Positions 36,844 to 46,958 of a stretch of DNA of 64,000 bases are shown here, piece after piece. Within the stretch, counting starts at the first letter, position 1. The number at the start of each line of letters is the position of its first letter. Below the pieces are notes generated by a model. The model ran no database searches. It saw only the letters and a list, made by a program, of their open reading frames with translations, and had not been told where the DNA came from. The DNA lies in the IMG/VR virus record IMGVR_UViG_3300020020_000026, positions 18,287-82,286 of that record; one strand, 5' to 3'. Source of the stretch: a virus. The position numbers and the translations under genes are program-made.

Positions 36844-37467
36844 CTAGACCCAGAGCCTGGTGTAGTGCCCAAGCAAATTTGCGACGGTCTCCTTGGCCTG
36901 CGAGCTGACGCTTCCGCCGCTGTTGCCACTGGAGCCGCCGCTGCTCGGGTTGTGAAACATCACGCGGCTTTCCTTGTGCGAGATCATGCGCACGCCCGTG
37001 AGCGCCGCTGACGCCTGCTCGCTCTTCGACGCGCCAACCAACAGGCTGCAGCAATGCTTCAGCGCGTAGGGAGCCTCTTGCGGCAGATCAAAGCCGCCAG
37101 TGTAGGTGACAACGACCGGCTCGTTGTGACTGGAGAAGATCGAGAGTTTCCCCGATCCTTCTTCTAACTCCCAGTCGATATTGGCGAGGCCTGCAGTAGT
37201 AACGCTTTCGATGTCGTCCTCCTTCACAGGCCAGTGCGTCAGGAAGCAGCGCCGGGTGCCTTGCTCTCGCCATGTCTCCCGCACTTTCTGGCGCGCGAAC
37301 ACGCGGTTCGCCATCTCAGAAACAACTGCGGAGTTAACTTCGATCAGCCACGTCAGTTGCTCGTCGCTGGCGGCGTCGTTGATGCCAAGCGCTGTCTTCG
37401 CCTCTGCCAAGGTCATCAGCTTGAAGTCGTCCGCTGGGGTTAGGACTTTGACGGTGACATCCGCCAT
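36844..37467 (-). CDS. Head-tail connector (gp6/phiE125 gp8-like)
   Basis: LMTLAEAK..LGI, VTYTGGF.LP..AP..LK. Confidence 0.8.
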   Translation of the reverse strand: MADVTVKVLTPADDFKLMTLAEAKTALGINDAASDEQLTWLIEVNSAVVSEMANRVFARQKVRETWREQGTRRCFLTHWPVKEDDIESVTTAGLANIDWELEEGSGKLSIFSSHNEPVVVTYTGGFDLPQEAPYALKHCCSLLVGASKSEQASAALTGVRMISHKESRVMFHNPSSGGSSGNSGGSVSSQAKETVANLLGHYTRLWV

Positions 37468-37469
37468 CG

Positions 37470-38882
37470 CTACCTCGCCTCAATTTGGAACTGTTCAAAG
37501 AAGTCGCGCATCTGCAGCGGCGGCCCTTCCCGGCCATCCGCCAGGATCGGGATCGCGGTGAAATTGGCGCGGTCGATCTGCCACTTCTGGATCATGCCGG
37601 AAGCACCGGCCGGTCCCCGCTCGCCCTTCTCGCCAGCGAAGCCGCGCTCGCCCTTCGGACCCATCTTCCCCTGGCTTACCAGGAGCTGCCAGCCTGGGCC
37701 GGGGCACGGCCCTGGGGACGCCGTCTTGGCAATGAACGAAGAGCCATTGACAGCCACGATGTCCAACTCTTTGTAAGTTTCCGAATCGGAGAACAGCCCG
37801 CGAACGCGAGGGGAACATCCGTCCACGCCCCCGCGCGCGAGGCATACCCAATCCTTGCCGCTTTCCGGCGGTTCGGCGGTGTCCTTGGTCGCCTGGTAGG
37901 TCGCCCCGGACTTGGTGACGACGTTCCCCGCATAATGAACGCCCGGCTCCCAGACTTTGACGGACGGCAGCATGCCGACAGGGCCACGCTCGCCGCGCTC
38001 ACCGGGTTGGCCGGGCTCCCCGCGCGCACCGGGCAACCCCGGCTCGCCACGCAAGCCCATTTTCCCGATTACGCCGGGCAGGCCCTGATCGCCTTTCTCG
38101 CCTTTCTCGCCACGTTCGCCCTTGATGCTTAAGCCGGGCAGGCCCTGCTCGCCGCGATCCCCCTTCTCGCCGCGCTCGCCGGGTCCGCCCTGAAGGCCCT
38201 GGTCGCCCTTGACGCTGAGCCCCGGAATGCCGGGCTCACCCCGGTCACCCTTTTCGCCCCTCTCGCCCCTCTCACCGGCCGGTCCCTTGATGCTGAGCCC
38301 CGTATCGCCTTTGATGGTCAGCCCCGGCTCGCCCCTCGGGCCGCGCTCTCCCTGCTTGCCCATGAGCCCCGGAGGCCCCGCTTCGCCCCGGTCGCCACGC
38401 TCGCCCTTGATCGACAGGCCTGGTGAACCCTGATCGCCCTGCGGTCCCCGCTCGCCCTTCTCGCCGATCAAACCCTGGAGGCCCTGCGGCCCCGCCTGCC
38501 CGTCTATTCCGGCTGGCCCTTCCGGACCTACCGGCCCTGGCTCGCCGCGCTCTCCCTGGGCACCCGGCAGCCCCTGGGGGCCGATCTCGCCAGGATTTCC
38601 AGGCGCACCGTCTGCACCGGACTTGATGGTCGCAAGCTTCTCGCCCAGCGCCCGGTCAACCTTGGCCTGCAGATCGACAACGATGGCCTTCAGCTCGGCC
38701 ACGGTCGCCCGCGCCTGCGCCTCGATCAGCTCGCGCTCCTTGTCCCACTGCTTGCGGTGCTGGTGGATGACGTGAGCGAGCGCGTCGCGCAGCGCGTCAA
38801 TGGTCGCTTCTGGTATGTGCATCGGCGCGGGAAAGGGCCTCGGTGAGGGAGGTGATGATTCTGAGTTCTGTGGCAACGGCAT
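37470..38882 (-). CDS. Collagen-repeat protein adjacent to portal
   Basis: Long GxR/GEK Gxy tract; short carbohydrate-binding-like C-terminal motifs. Confidence 0.8.
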   Translation of the reverse strand: MPLPQNSESSPPSPRPFPAPMHIPEATIDALRDALAHVIHQHRKQWDKERELIEAQARATVAELKAIVVDLQAKVDRALGEKLATIKSGADGAPGNPGEIGPQGLPGAQGERGEPGPVGPEGPAGIDGQAGPQGLQGLIGEKGERGPQGDQGSPGLSIKGERGDRGEAGPPGLMGKQGERGPRGEPGLTIKGDTGLSIKGPAGERGERGEKGDRGEPGIPGLSVKGDQGLQGGPGERGEKGDRGEQGLPGLSIKGERGEKGEKGDQGLPGVIGKMGLRGEPGLPGARGEPGQPGERGERGPVGMLPSVKVWEPGVHYAGNVVTKSGATYQATKDTAEPPESGKDWVCLARGGVDGCSPRVRGLFSDSETYKELDIVAVNGSSFIAKTASPGPCPGPGWQLLVSQGKMGPKGERGFAGEKGERGPAGASGMIQKWQIDRANFTAIPILADGREGPPLQMRDFFEQFQIEAR

Positions 38883-40284
38883 CGCTATGGTCCTTTGCCG
38901 TGATGAATTTTTTCACAGGCGGCTCGTCCTTTTCCGGCTCTTCTTTCTCGCCAGGCTTCGGCTGGTCGAGCTTTGGAGCCAGGGCCGGTGGCGCACCAGC
39001 CGCGCCTGGAGCTGCAGGCATGGCCGGGATCGCTGCAGCCGCGCTGAGCGGGACAACCTGTTGCTGCACGCGCGGCTCGTCGCCATGCTCGACAGCGTCC
39101 AGGCTCTCGGAGGCCCGCGCCTCGTTCGGGGAAAAGATGCCGCCCTGCACCGCCTGGGCGAGCGCCCCGATCCGCTCCTTGAACGCGGACCTGAGCAGCG
39201 CCTTGGTGTCGAATTCCAGGTACTCATCGGGCTGACCCTTCAGCCCAAACAGCAACCCATAGGCGTCCTCGATATGGTTGAGCGCAAAGCCCAGGCCTGA
39301 CGATATCCATTGCATCATCAGTGCTTCGGTCGAGCCGACACCCGTGCCGCTGATACCAAGCACCGCCATCGGAATCCGGAAGGCCAGGGCGATGCGCTCT
39401 TCCGGCACCTTCATCATGTTGGCCAGCTCGGCGTCCCGCGAAGGCGCGGACAGCATCGCGGGCTTCAGGCCGCCGGTCAGGATCGGCGTGCCGCCAGCCT
39501 TCAGTCCCTTCGACTGCTCTTCCCAGCGGTCGCGAATGAACTGCACCTGGTCCTTGTCCAGGATCAGGTCGGTGGTCAGCACCGCGCTCGGCCTGGCCTG
39601 GTTCATGTAGAACTGAATTTGCTGATCGTTGATCGCCTTCGACAGCATGATGTCCTGCATCGCTGAGCCAAGCGGCGTGTCCCCGACAATCGGATAGGGA
39701 TAGCGGCGGCGCGATGAGTGCAGACGGACGTGCAGCACGTCGCGCTGCGGGACGACCAGTTGCTCCTTCACCTGGCGGTCGATGATGCTGTTGCCCGCGA
39801 GCGTGTAGAAAACGTCGCCGGTCGGAGCAACCTGGGGATACGACATGGCCGAATCCATCAGGTGCAGCTCGTCAATCTCGTAACGCTCGTTGCGCAGCGC
39901 CAGCGCATAAGCATTGCCGTCATAGTACAGGTTGCGCGTCAGGTTCATCATGAAGTCTGACGGCGTCTGATAGCCGTTCGGAAAACGCAGGATGCGGGAA
40001 AGCGCGCTGGTGGTAACGCGGTCGCGCCCGTCTTTGTCGTTTGCACGCCAATGATCGCCGGGGCACATCGCAACCGTCTGGGCGTATGCCGACAGGCACG
40101 CCTCGACTATTGCGGATGTGTCGTATCCGGCGGGATTGATGCCGCTCTGCCACCAATTCCACGGCGAGTCGGCAGGCAACCAGCCGCCGGTCACCGGGAG
40201 ATGGTAGGGGCCTCGGTGAACTTCGCCCTCGCCAGCGGCCTTAAGCTGGCGAGGAGCAAAGATTCGCGAGAGAAAGTTGGCCAC
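38797..40284 (-). CDS. HK97-family portal protein
   Basis: GNAYA, DVLHVR, ARPSAVL, IALAFRIP, SPNEAR. Confidence 0.93.
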   Translation of the reverse strand: MANFLSRIFAPRQLKAAGEGEVHRGPYHLPVTGGWLPADSPWNWWQSGINPAGYDTSAIVEACLSAYAQTVAMCPGDHWRANDKDGRDRVTTSALSRILRFPNGYQTPSDFMMNLTRNLYYDGNAYALALRNERYEIDELHLMDSAMSYPQVAPTGDVFYTLAGNSIIDRQVKEQLVVPQRDVLHVRLHSSRRRYPYPIVGDTPLGSAMQDIMLSKAINDQQIQFYMNQARPSAVLTTDLILDKDQVQFIRDRWEEQSKGLKAGGTPILTGGLKPAMLSAPSRDAELANMMKVPEERIALAFRIPMAVLGISGTGVGSTEALMMQWISSGLGFALNHIEDAYGLLFGLKGQPDEYLEFDTKALLRSAFKERIGALAQAVQGGIFSPNEARASESLDAVEHGDEPRVQQQVVPLSAAAAIPAMPAAPGAAGAPPALAPKLDQPKPGEKEEPEKDEPPVKKFITAKDHSDAVATELRIITSLTEALSRADAHTRSDH

Positions 40285-40287
40285 CGA

Positions 40288-40623
40288 TCAGGACTGCGGC
40301 GTCGTGGCTCGGGTCTGATAGCCAGGCGTGCCAGGAGCAGGCTTGGCCTCCATCTGCTTCCGCCGCTCCTCGTCCTGCTGCTTCTTCTTGGCGGCGGCCT
40401 GCTGCGGATCGCCTGACCCCGGCGGCTGGAAGATCGCGTCAAGCTTGGCCTGATCGTTCTCCTCCTGCGTTGGGGTCGGCGTTTCGTGATCGTAGGCCTG
40501 CTTCACGATCTCTTCCTTGGGGCGCGGCTCGTTGAACTGGTACGGCTGCGTCCGCGCAGGATCGTTGGGACCGCTCACATCGCGGCCGTGACGCTGGTTC
40601 TGGTCTTGCTTCTGGTCGGCCAT
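40288..40623 (-). CDS. Hypothetical head-region protein (PTPTQEEND motif)
   Basis: AGGAG RBS; between capsid and portal. Confidence 0.7.
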   Translation of the reverse strand: MADQKQDQNQRHGRDVSGPNDPARTQPYQFNEPRPKEEIVKQAYDHETPTPTQEENDQAKLDAIFQPPGSGDPQQAAAKKKQQDEERRKQMEAKPAPGTPGYQTRATTPQS

Positions 40624-40674
40624 TTCAATCTCCTGGGTTGATCTTGATCGAGTAGGACACTATGTCCTGCCGTT

Positions 40675-40729
40675 GGCGAGGCGAGGCCCGGTACGGCCCG
40701 GTACGGTCAGGCGAGGCGAGGCAGGGCAG
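40675..40729. repeat. 11 tandem GGNNN pentamers
   Basis: GGCGA GGCGA GGCCC GGTAC GGCCC GGTAC GGTCA GGCGA GGCGA GGCAG GGCAG. Confidence 0.85.
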
Positions 40730-40737
40730 GCATGTTT

Positions 40738-40768
40738 GGAAGGAGGGGTTCGCCCCTCCTTCCTTTTT
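40738..40768 (+). terminator. Intrinsic terminator oriented on the plus strand
   Basis: GGAAGGAGGGG-TTCG-CCCCTCCTTCC-TTTTT. Confidence 0.75.
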
Positions 40769-40772
40769 CAGT

Positions 40773-42869
40773 CTACCAGGTCACGCCCGCCACGAATGAA
40801 ACGACACCAGCGCGGCGCATCGTCCAGTTCATCGGCAGGATGAGTCGAAGCGCCAGTGAATCCGTCTGGAACATCGAGACGGCGGGAGCCGCGACAACGC
40901 CAGGGGTTCCGGCGGTGCCGATATGCGCAGGCGAGGTGTCCTCCATGTGTAGCGTAGCTTGGTCGCTGATCTCAAACCTCGGATTGTCGCCAGAGATCGA
41001 GACGTAGTCGGCCGCGTCGAGGCACAGCACCGTACCGAGAGGCACGGTCCCGCTCTTGATCACCGGATAGCCCATCAACCGATTGTTGTTGATGTCCGTT
41101 GCGAACGGGAAGAGCCCGCCCGGCACCGGAGGCTGCACGAACCCAATCGACAGCGCCTGTTGCGGGTTCATGATGAAGACCATCGAGCGGACGTTGCCGT
41201 TGGTCGCCGTCAGGATCGAACCGGACAGCCCCTTGAGATCGCCAACGAGGGCGTTGAAGCCGCCGCCTGCGGTCGGGGTCAGGCCGACAACGCCGTTGCG
41301 CAGACCGGCGGGACGAATGGTCGTCGCCGGGTTGGCGTCGAGCAGGATGGTGTCGATGGCGATCTGCGTGTCTTCCTGGATGGCATTGCGCAGAAGGCCT
41401 TCGATGGCGGGCACGGAATGCTCGTCCATCTCCCTCGTCCAAGTCGTAATCACGGCCATCTTTTTCGGAACCATCGAAGTGGTCGTGAACGCGGCCTGAC
41501 GCACCGGGATCGGAGCGCCTTCACCGACGAACGAACCGGCCACGGTCGGCGTCGCCGCTCGGGTCGGCACGTTGATCTTGCCGTTGCGGCCGAAGCTGAG
41601 CTTGAGGCCCATCGCTGACAGCGACGGGTAGACCGAAGACGGCAGAAGGCTCGGCATCAGATCGGCATTGATCTGTTGCACCAGCTCGGCCGCCCAGCCA
41701 GCGACGGTCGTCATCGCCGGGGCGGTCGCCGCCTTCAGCGTGAGATCGCAGATGACCTTGGTGGCTTCATCTTCGCCGTAAATCTTCTGGCGAATCTGAT
41801 CGATGGTAAAGCCAGCGAAGTCCGGAGCCTTGGACAGCGCCTTGATCGTACCGGCGCGGACCAGGAACTCGATGGGGTCGATCTTCTTGGCCGGGAGGTT
41901 GAACGGCCGGGCGCTAGCGGTCGCGCGCAGGGCCACCTTGGTCTTGCCGTTGCCGTTGCCGTTGTCCTCGCTGGACTGTGCGGCCATCTGGGCCTCCGAA
42001 TCTTCCAGGGCCTTGAGCGCCAGCACCTGATCGCTGATGCGCTTGTTCAGCTCCTGGGTGGTCGCGAGATCGGCCTCGGTGACGTTCTCGTCGTCAACCT
42101 TTTCCAGATGCTCGTTCAGTTGGTCCCGCAGCGCGACAATGCGCTGTTGGGTAGCTTCGATGCGTTTCGTAAGGGGTGACATTGTCACTGTCCTTGTGTT
42201 CGGTTTCGACTTGGCTTGCCCGCCGTTGAGACCGCGACGTTCGGCGCTCTGGTCTTTCTCGTTGCCATGCCCGGCAAAGACCATTGCGACGGTGTCGCGG
42301 GAAATCTTGAGCGATTTTGCAATCGCCAGTGCGTTCGGGTTGGCCGGGATCGCGACCAGGGAGGTCTCGACCAGCTCGGCCTGTTTGAATCGGTAGCCGC
42401 CGCTGCCGTCCTTGGTGATCGGCTCCGCCACTCGCGGCAGGAAGCCGACGCTGACCGCCTTCAGAATGTCGGCCTCGATCAGCCGGTGGATTTCATCGAT
42501 CCGTTCGGAGGTGCCCAGCGGCGCTAGGCGCAGCTCGCCGCGCAGCTCGCCGTCCGCGACTTTCAGATTGTGCCACTTGCCGATTGGAAAGTTCGGATTG
42601 TGGTTGAACAGCGCGACCGGATTGCGCTTGAAGTTGACCAAGTCCCAGCCCTCGGCCTCGATGATGTCGCCCATGCGGTCCGGGCTAGCGTCCGACAGGA
42701 TGAAGGTCAGCCCGCCGACATCGGAAACGTGCGTCTTGCGGACGACCTTCTTGGCGGCGCGCTCGTCCCATTGCAGGGCGCACGCCTCCTCGTCCCCGCC
42801 ATCGCTGACGCAATGCTCCATGAATTCTTCGCGGGTATCGAAATCGTCCGGAGAGGCTTTGGTCTTCAT
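40773..42869 (-). CDS. Prohead protease (HK97/S78) fused to major capsid protein
   Basis: DRMGD, LFNH, SVGF, ETSLVAIPANPNA, then HK97 capsid (FVGEGAPIP, SMFQTDSLALR). Confidence 0.93.
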   Translation of the reverse strand: MKTKASPDDFDTREEFMEHCVSDGGDEEACALQWDERAAKKVVRKTHVSDVGGLTFILSDASPDRMGDIIEAEGWDLVNFKRNPVALFNHNPNFPIGKWHNLKVADGELRGELRLAPLGTSERIDEIHRLIEADILKAVSVGFLPRVAEPITKDGSGGYRFKQAELVETSLVAIPANPNALAIAKSLKISRDTVAMVFAGHGNEKDQSAERRGLNGGQAKSKPNTRTVTMSPLTKRIEATQQRIVALRDQLNEHLEKVDDENVTEADLATTQELNKRISDQVLALKALEDSEAQMAAQSSEDNGNGNGKTKVALRATASARPFNLPAKKIDPIEFLVRAGTIKALSKAPDFAGFTIDQIRQKIYGEDEATKVICDLTLKAATAPAMTTVAGWAAELVQQINADLMPSLLPSSVYPSLSAMGLKLSFGRNGKINVPTRAATPTVAGSFVGEGAPIPVRQAAFTTTSMVPKKMAVITTWTREMDEHSVPAIEGLLRNAIQEDTQIAIDTILLDANPATTIRPAGLRNGVVGLTPTAGGGFNALVGDLKGLSGSILTATNGNVRSMVFIMNPQQALSIGFVQPPVPGGLFPFATDINNNRLMGYPVIKSGTVPLGTVLCLDAADYVSISGDNPRFEISDQATLHMEDTSPAHIGTAGTPGVVAAPAVSMFQTDSLALRLILPMNWTMRRAGVVSFVAGVTW

Positions 42870-42886
42870 GACTCAATCTCCTGGTT

Positions 42887-43162
42887 CTATTTCGTGCGGC
42901 ACTTCAGCGTGCAAGTTTGTTCGCGCGTGCGCCCGGCCGCAGTCGTGATCCGGTTGATCAGTGCGTAATTTTCGCCAGCCGATCCGCCTGACAGCCAGAT
43001 CGTCGTTGTGCTGTCGTCAAACATATCGACGCCTTTGCTGACTCCGGTTGGCACGGTCCACGTCGAGGTGCTGATGACATCGCCAGCCAGCGGCTTGGTC
43101 CAATCAACGACGTAGTCCAGTACTTCGTCCGGGTCTTTCGGGTCGTCCCAGCTCTTCGCCAT
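42887..43162 (-). CDS. Phage adaptor-like structural protein (KDP.E.LDY..DW)
   Basis: KDPDEVLDYVVDW...WLSGG..G..Y...NRITT..GR. Confidence 0.75.
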   Translation of the reverse strand: MAKSWDDPKDPDEVLDYVVDWTKPLAGDVISTSTWTVPTGVSKGVDMFDDSTTTIWLSGGSAGENYALINRITTAAGRTREQTCTLKCRTK

Positions 43163-43173
43163 TCGCTATTCTC

Positions 43174-44763
43174 CTAAGCTGCGACCGGCAGACCGCCGCC
43201 TCCGACATCGATGTCGCGGTCGTCTGCCGCGACGGTGATCACCCGGCTTGCTGCCGTGACGACGAGAGTCCGGTTGCTCGCCGCGACGGCGATGATCCGG
43301 CCGCTTGCCGTGATTTCCATCGTGCGGTCGCTGGCGGCGACAGTGATAATCTGGCCGACAGTAGTCGGCGTGACGAACACCTCGCCCAGACCGGACACCG
43401 TGGCTGGCTGCGCCTGCAGGACACCGAAGCCTTCCTGCCGTTGCGTGCCGTAGACCGTGGCCGGTCGCGCGGCTGGTGCGCCAACGCCAACCGATCCGGA
43501 TATGCCCTGGCCTGCGACGGCGGCCACGCCCGCGTGTGCTGCGCCCGCGCCTGTCCACGCGCCCGCGCCCGTGCCGCTGACCAGGGCCACTGAGGCGACG
43601 AGCGTGCCGCTGGCGATCCATCGTATTGAGCCGGTGCCGGTGACCGTGTGGGGCGCGGCGACCAGGGTGCCGGTGCCGTGCCACCTGGCTGAGCCAAACC
43701 CACCCAGCAATGCCTTCGCCGATACCAGGGTGCCGGTGCCAAACGACACCGACAGGCCGGTGGCTGCAATGATCGAGTGCTGCGTCGCGAGCGCGACTGT
43801 GCCGGTCGATGACGACTTGCCGCTGCCGGTGACGACCGAAGGCTGCGCAATGACTGTGCCGATTCCGGCACCGACAATACCGCCACCACCGGAGACGACA
43901 GAGGCTTGCGCAACCAGGGTGCCGGTGCCGGTCGATGACGACTTGCCGACAAACGCAGCGGTGTCCGCCGCTTCAATCGCCGCCAGGGTGGCGCGAAATT
44001 CGACCTTGCCTATGAAGCTCGCGGCATCGGCCGTCTCGACGGCCACCAGCGGACCGCTGAAGACCGTATTGACAACGCTACCGGAGAAACTTGCGACATC
44101 CGCCGCTTCGATCCTTGCCAGCGTGCCGGTGACGATGACCTTGCCAGCGAACGCGGCGGTGTCTGCCGCCTCCGTTGCCGCCAGCGGCCCCCGGACCTCG
44201 ACCTTGCCCGCGAATGTCGCGGCGTCTGACGCCTCAACAGCAACAAGCGGGCCGGTAGCGACGGCAGCCGCCCCGCTGCCGAGAAAGAGCGCTGTATCGG
44301 CCCCTTCGGTAACCGCCAGCGAACCGACGACGGAACTTATGCCGGTGAGGCTTGCGGTGTCCGCTGCCTCGATAACGGCAAGCGTGCCGCGCGTCTCTAT
44401 CTTGCCTGCGAAGCTTGCCGTATCCCCGGCTTCGAGAACGACCAGGGGGCCGCGTACCTCGACCTTGCCTGCGAGGCTCGCGATGTCAGCCGCCTCGACA
44501 ACCGCCAGCGTCCCGCGTGTCTCGACCGTGCCGGTGAATACCGCGCTGTCGGCCGCTTCGGTGACGGCCAGGGTGCCGCTTGTCCGGACCTCGCCCGCGA
44601 GGCTCGCAGTATCCGCCGCCTCCGCTGCCACCAGGGTGCCGGTGACTGCGGCAGCGACTTCTCCAACGACGCCGGAAAGCTCGACCCAGGAGACAACGAC
44701 GCGAGTGTCCCCGGCCACCGCCGGGGCACCGGCTCGCCCAAAGAACAGTTTGAATTGAGCCAT
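43174..44763 (-). CDS. Repetitive Ala/Gly/Thr-rich virion fibre-like protein
   Basis: About 11 copies of a ~21-aa G(T/P)LxxxEAADTAxFxG repeat. Confidence 0.75.
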   Translation of the reverse strand: MAQFKLFFGRAGAPAVAGDTRVVVSWVELSGVVGEVAAAVTGTLVAAEAADTASLAGEVRTSGTLAVTEAADSAVFTGTVETRGTLAVVEAADIASLAGKVEVRGPLVVLEAGDTASFAGKIETRGTLAVIEAADTASLTGISSVVGSLAVTEGADTALFLGSGAAAVATGPLVAVEASDAATFAGKVEVRGPLAATEAADTAAFAGKVIVTGTLARIEAADVASFSGSVVNTVFSGPLVAVETADAASFIGKVEFRATLAAIEAADTAAFVGKSSSTGTGTLVAQASVVSGGGGIVGAGIGTVIAQPSVVTGSGKSSSTGTVALATQHSIIAATGLSVSFGTGTLVSAKALLGGFGSARWHGTGTLVAAPHTVTGTGSIRWIASGTLVASVALVSGTGAGAWTGAGAAHAGVAAVAGQGISGSVGVGAPAARPATVYGTQRQEGFGVLQAQPATVSGLGEVFVTPTTVGQIITVAASDRTMEITASGRIIAVAASNRTLVVTAASRVITVAADDRDIDVGGGGLPVAA

Positions 44764-44766
44764 CGG

Positions 44767-45081
44767 CTAGGCCGTAGTCGGAATGGACAGAACGAAGTCC
44801 GCCCACTCCTTCGGCACCGTCTGATCTATGCCAACGATGCTCACGACATCCGCATTCATCTCGGTTGCCGACAGCGTGATCTTGACCAGCACCGATCCCG
44901 CTGGCGTGACCACCGGCAACGTCGCCAGGTCCGTCAACGCGCCGCCGTCCTTGCTCACCTTCCAATCGCCGCTGGCAATCGCTGGATCGACTTTGAAGCT
45001 CGCACCGTCAGACGTGCTGGCAAGCGCAACGTATAGAACAAAGTCCTCATTCTTGACCGGCGGGTTATACGGCGCTGCCAT
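44767..45081 (-). CDS. Hypothetical structural protein
   Basis: GDWKVSKDGG....L..LP, LSATEMNAD. Confidence 0.7.
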   Translation of the reverse strand: MAAPYNPPVKNEDFVLYVALASTSDGASFKVDPAIASGDWKVSKDGGALTDLATLPVVTPAGSVLVKITLSATEMNADVVSIVGIDQTVPKEWADFVLSIPTTA

Positions 45082-45084
45082 TGG

Positions 45085-46035
45085 CTACATCCCTATCCCA
45101 AACATCGCCTGCGATTGCGTGCCTTCGCCGTAACTGATCACCCAGATTTCGCCGCGCCCGCCGTTGCCGCCGTTGCCCGCAAAACCGCCATTGGTGCCTG
45201 CGCCGCCCCCACCGCCACCACCGCCGGGAGCGCCGCCGTCGCCACCGACGCCCGTCACAGGACTGCCTGAGCCGCCGCCACCGCCGCCCGATCCGGGATA
45301 ACCATAGCCGGGATAACCCGGAGCGCCGTTGCCGCCTGTCGTGCCACCCGCCGCCGCCAAGCCCAGACGATTTCGCCCGCCAGCACCGCCTGCCCAGTCG
45401 CCCGGCGTGCCCTTGCCACCACCACCGCCACCGCCAGCGCCGCCAGCCACCGCGTCGCCACCAATAAATCCCACTGAACCAGCCCCCGGCGATGCCCCGC
45501 CGCCCGCGCCGCCGAAGGGTCCGACGTTATTGGTGCCGTTTGTCGAGCCGCTGACGACGCCACCGTTGAAGCCCGCAGCACCCTGCGTACCTGTGCCTAG
45601 TCCGCCATTGCTGGCCAGCCCCGCGCCGCCACCACCGCATATCGTTGCGGTCAGCGATCCGCCCGCACCACCGCCGCCGTTGTACGCTGTGAGGTCAACG
45701 CCATTGATGGAGAACCTCGTTGGCGTGCCGCCGCCGGTCCCCGGCGACCCGGCGGTGGTGTCTGTCGCGGCTCCGTTGCCCCCGGTGCCGCCCGGCGAAA
45801 CCGTATAGGTTTCGGTCGCCGCGAACATTGCCGCCGGATAAGTCCTATCGATGAACGCTCCACCGCCCCCACCAGCGCCGCCCGATGCCGCCGACGCTGC
45901 CGCGTCTTTTGCCCCGCCGCCGCCCGGTCCGCCGCCGCCTATCAAGATCAGGCGAATGGTTTGTGCCCACGGCTCCTTCGTCCATGTCGCCGCGCTCCCG
46001 GTCGTGAACTTTTCGACTTTGATCATTACGGTCAC
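45085..46035 (-). CDS. Glycine-rich virion protein
   Basis: FT.....WTK, IGGGGxGGGG, GGxGxxGxI.V. Confidence 0.75.
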   Translation of the reverse strand: MTVMIKVEKFTTGSAATWTKEPWAQTIRLILIGGGGPGGGGAKDAAASAASGGAGGGGGAFIDRTYPAAMFAATETYTVSPGGTGGNGAATDTTAGSPGTGGGTPTRFSINGVDLTAYNGGGGAGGSLTATICGGGGAGLASNGGLGTGTQGAAGFNGGVVSGSTNGTNNVGPFGGAGGGASPGAGSVGFIGGDAVAGGAGGGGGGGKGTPGDWAGGAGGRNRLGLAAAGGTTGGNGAPGYPGYGYPGSGGGGGGSGSPVTGVGGDGGAPGGGGGGGGAGTNGGFAGNGGNGGRGEIWVISYGEGTQSQAMFGIGM

Positions 46036-46958
46036 CCGTCAGTGATGGCGATAACAATGCCACCACCGCCGTCGCCGCCAATGCCCGGCGTGAATGCGCT
46101 GATCGTTGCGCCTCCACCTCCTCCGCCGCCGCCGGGGAAGCCGCCATTTCCGCCGTTGCCGCCCTCGCTATTGCGTGCCGTTCCGCCGCTGCCGCCGCTG
46201 CCCGCATAGCCAAACAGGCCGGGTAGTCCACGATTGCCGCCGACACTCGGTGTAGGGCTGATGTCCGCACCGCTGATTGTTACGCCGCCGAGAATTGAAA
46301 ACATTCCAGCCAAGCCACCGGCAGCGCCCGCGCTGTATGCAGGAGCAGATGTCTTGCCGCCACCGGCACCACCACCTCCGCCACCCGTGGCGCTGCGCTG
46401 ACCAGCGCCGCCAGCCGCACCGGCAGCGGCGGCGAGCCCGCCAGAGGCCCCGCCTAGACCAGTGTTCGCTTGTCCAGACGCGCCGCCAACTGTGCCTGCG
46501 GTCCCTCCCGTTGCGCTGGTTGCGTCACCGCCAGCCGATAGCAAGCCCGCGCCGCCACCACCGCCCGCTGCGAGCGCGGTCGCGCTGCCACCCGCACCGC
46601 CACCGCCGCCATACGCGCGATGCTCGTAAACCACATTGCCACCGAATGCGGAGTAACCACCACCGCCGCCGTGACCACCGCCGGACCCCGTACCGGGTGT
46701 GCCGCCCGCGCCAGCGGCACCGGCAACGTAGGGTTCCGTCGCCCCAAGCTCGCTGGTGAGAAAGATTGCCTCCAACCTGAATGCGCCACCACCACCGCCA
46801 CCGGCACCGGCAGCAACGCCAGACGCTTGAACATCGCCGCCACCACCGCCGCCCCCGGCCCCGATCAGGATCACGCGCGTGATGCCGTTGGGATCGGCGT
46901 TCGCTGGTTTGACCCAGTTGCCCGATCCTGACGTGAAGGCTTGGATGCTAAAGGCCAT
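46032..46958 (-). CDS. Glycine-rich virion protein (paralog)
   Basis: Same architecture as 45085-46035. Confidence 0.75.
   Translation of the reverse strand: MAFSIQAFTSGSGNWVKPANADPNGITRVILIGAGGGGGGGDVQASGVAAGAGGGGGGAFRLEAIFLTSELGATEPYVAGAAGAGGTPGTGSGGGHGGGGGYSAFGGNVVYEHRAYGGGGGAGGSATALAAGGGGGAGLLSAGGDATSATGGTAGTVGGASGQANTGLGGASGGLAAAAGAAGGAGQRSATGGGGGGAGGGKTSAPAYSAGAAGGLAGMFSILGGVTISGADISPTPSVGGNRGLPGLFGYAGSGGSGGTARNSEGGNGGNGGFPGGGGGGGGATISAFTPGIGGDGGGGIVIAITDG

Noticed and set aside
43457-44758. Long plus-strand ORFs opposite structural genes (also 62108-63607, 22756-23874, 34410-35528)
   Set aside because: Antisense shadows typical of high-GC coding DNA; the minus-strand frames carry the recognisable motifs
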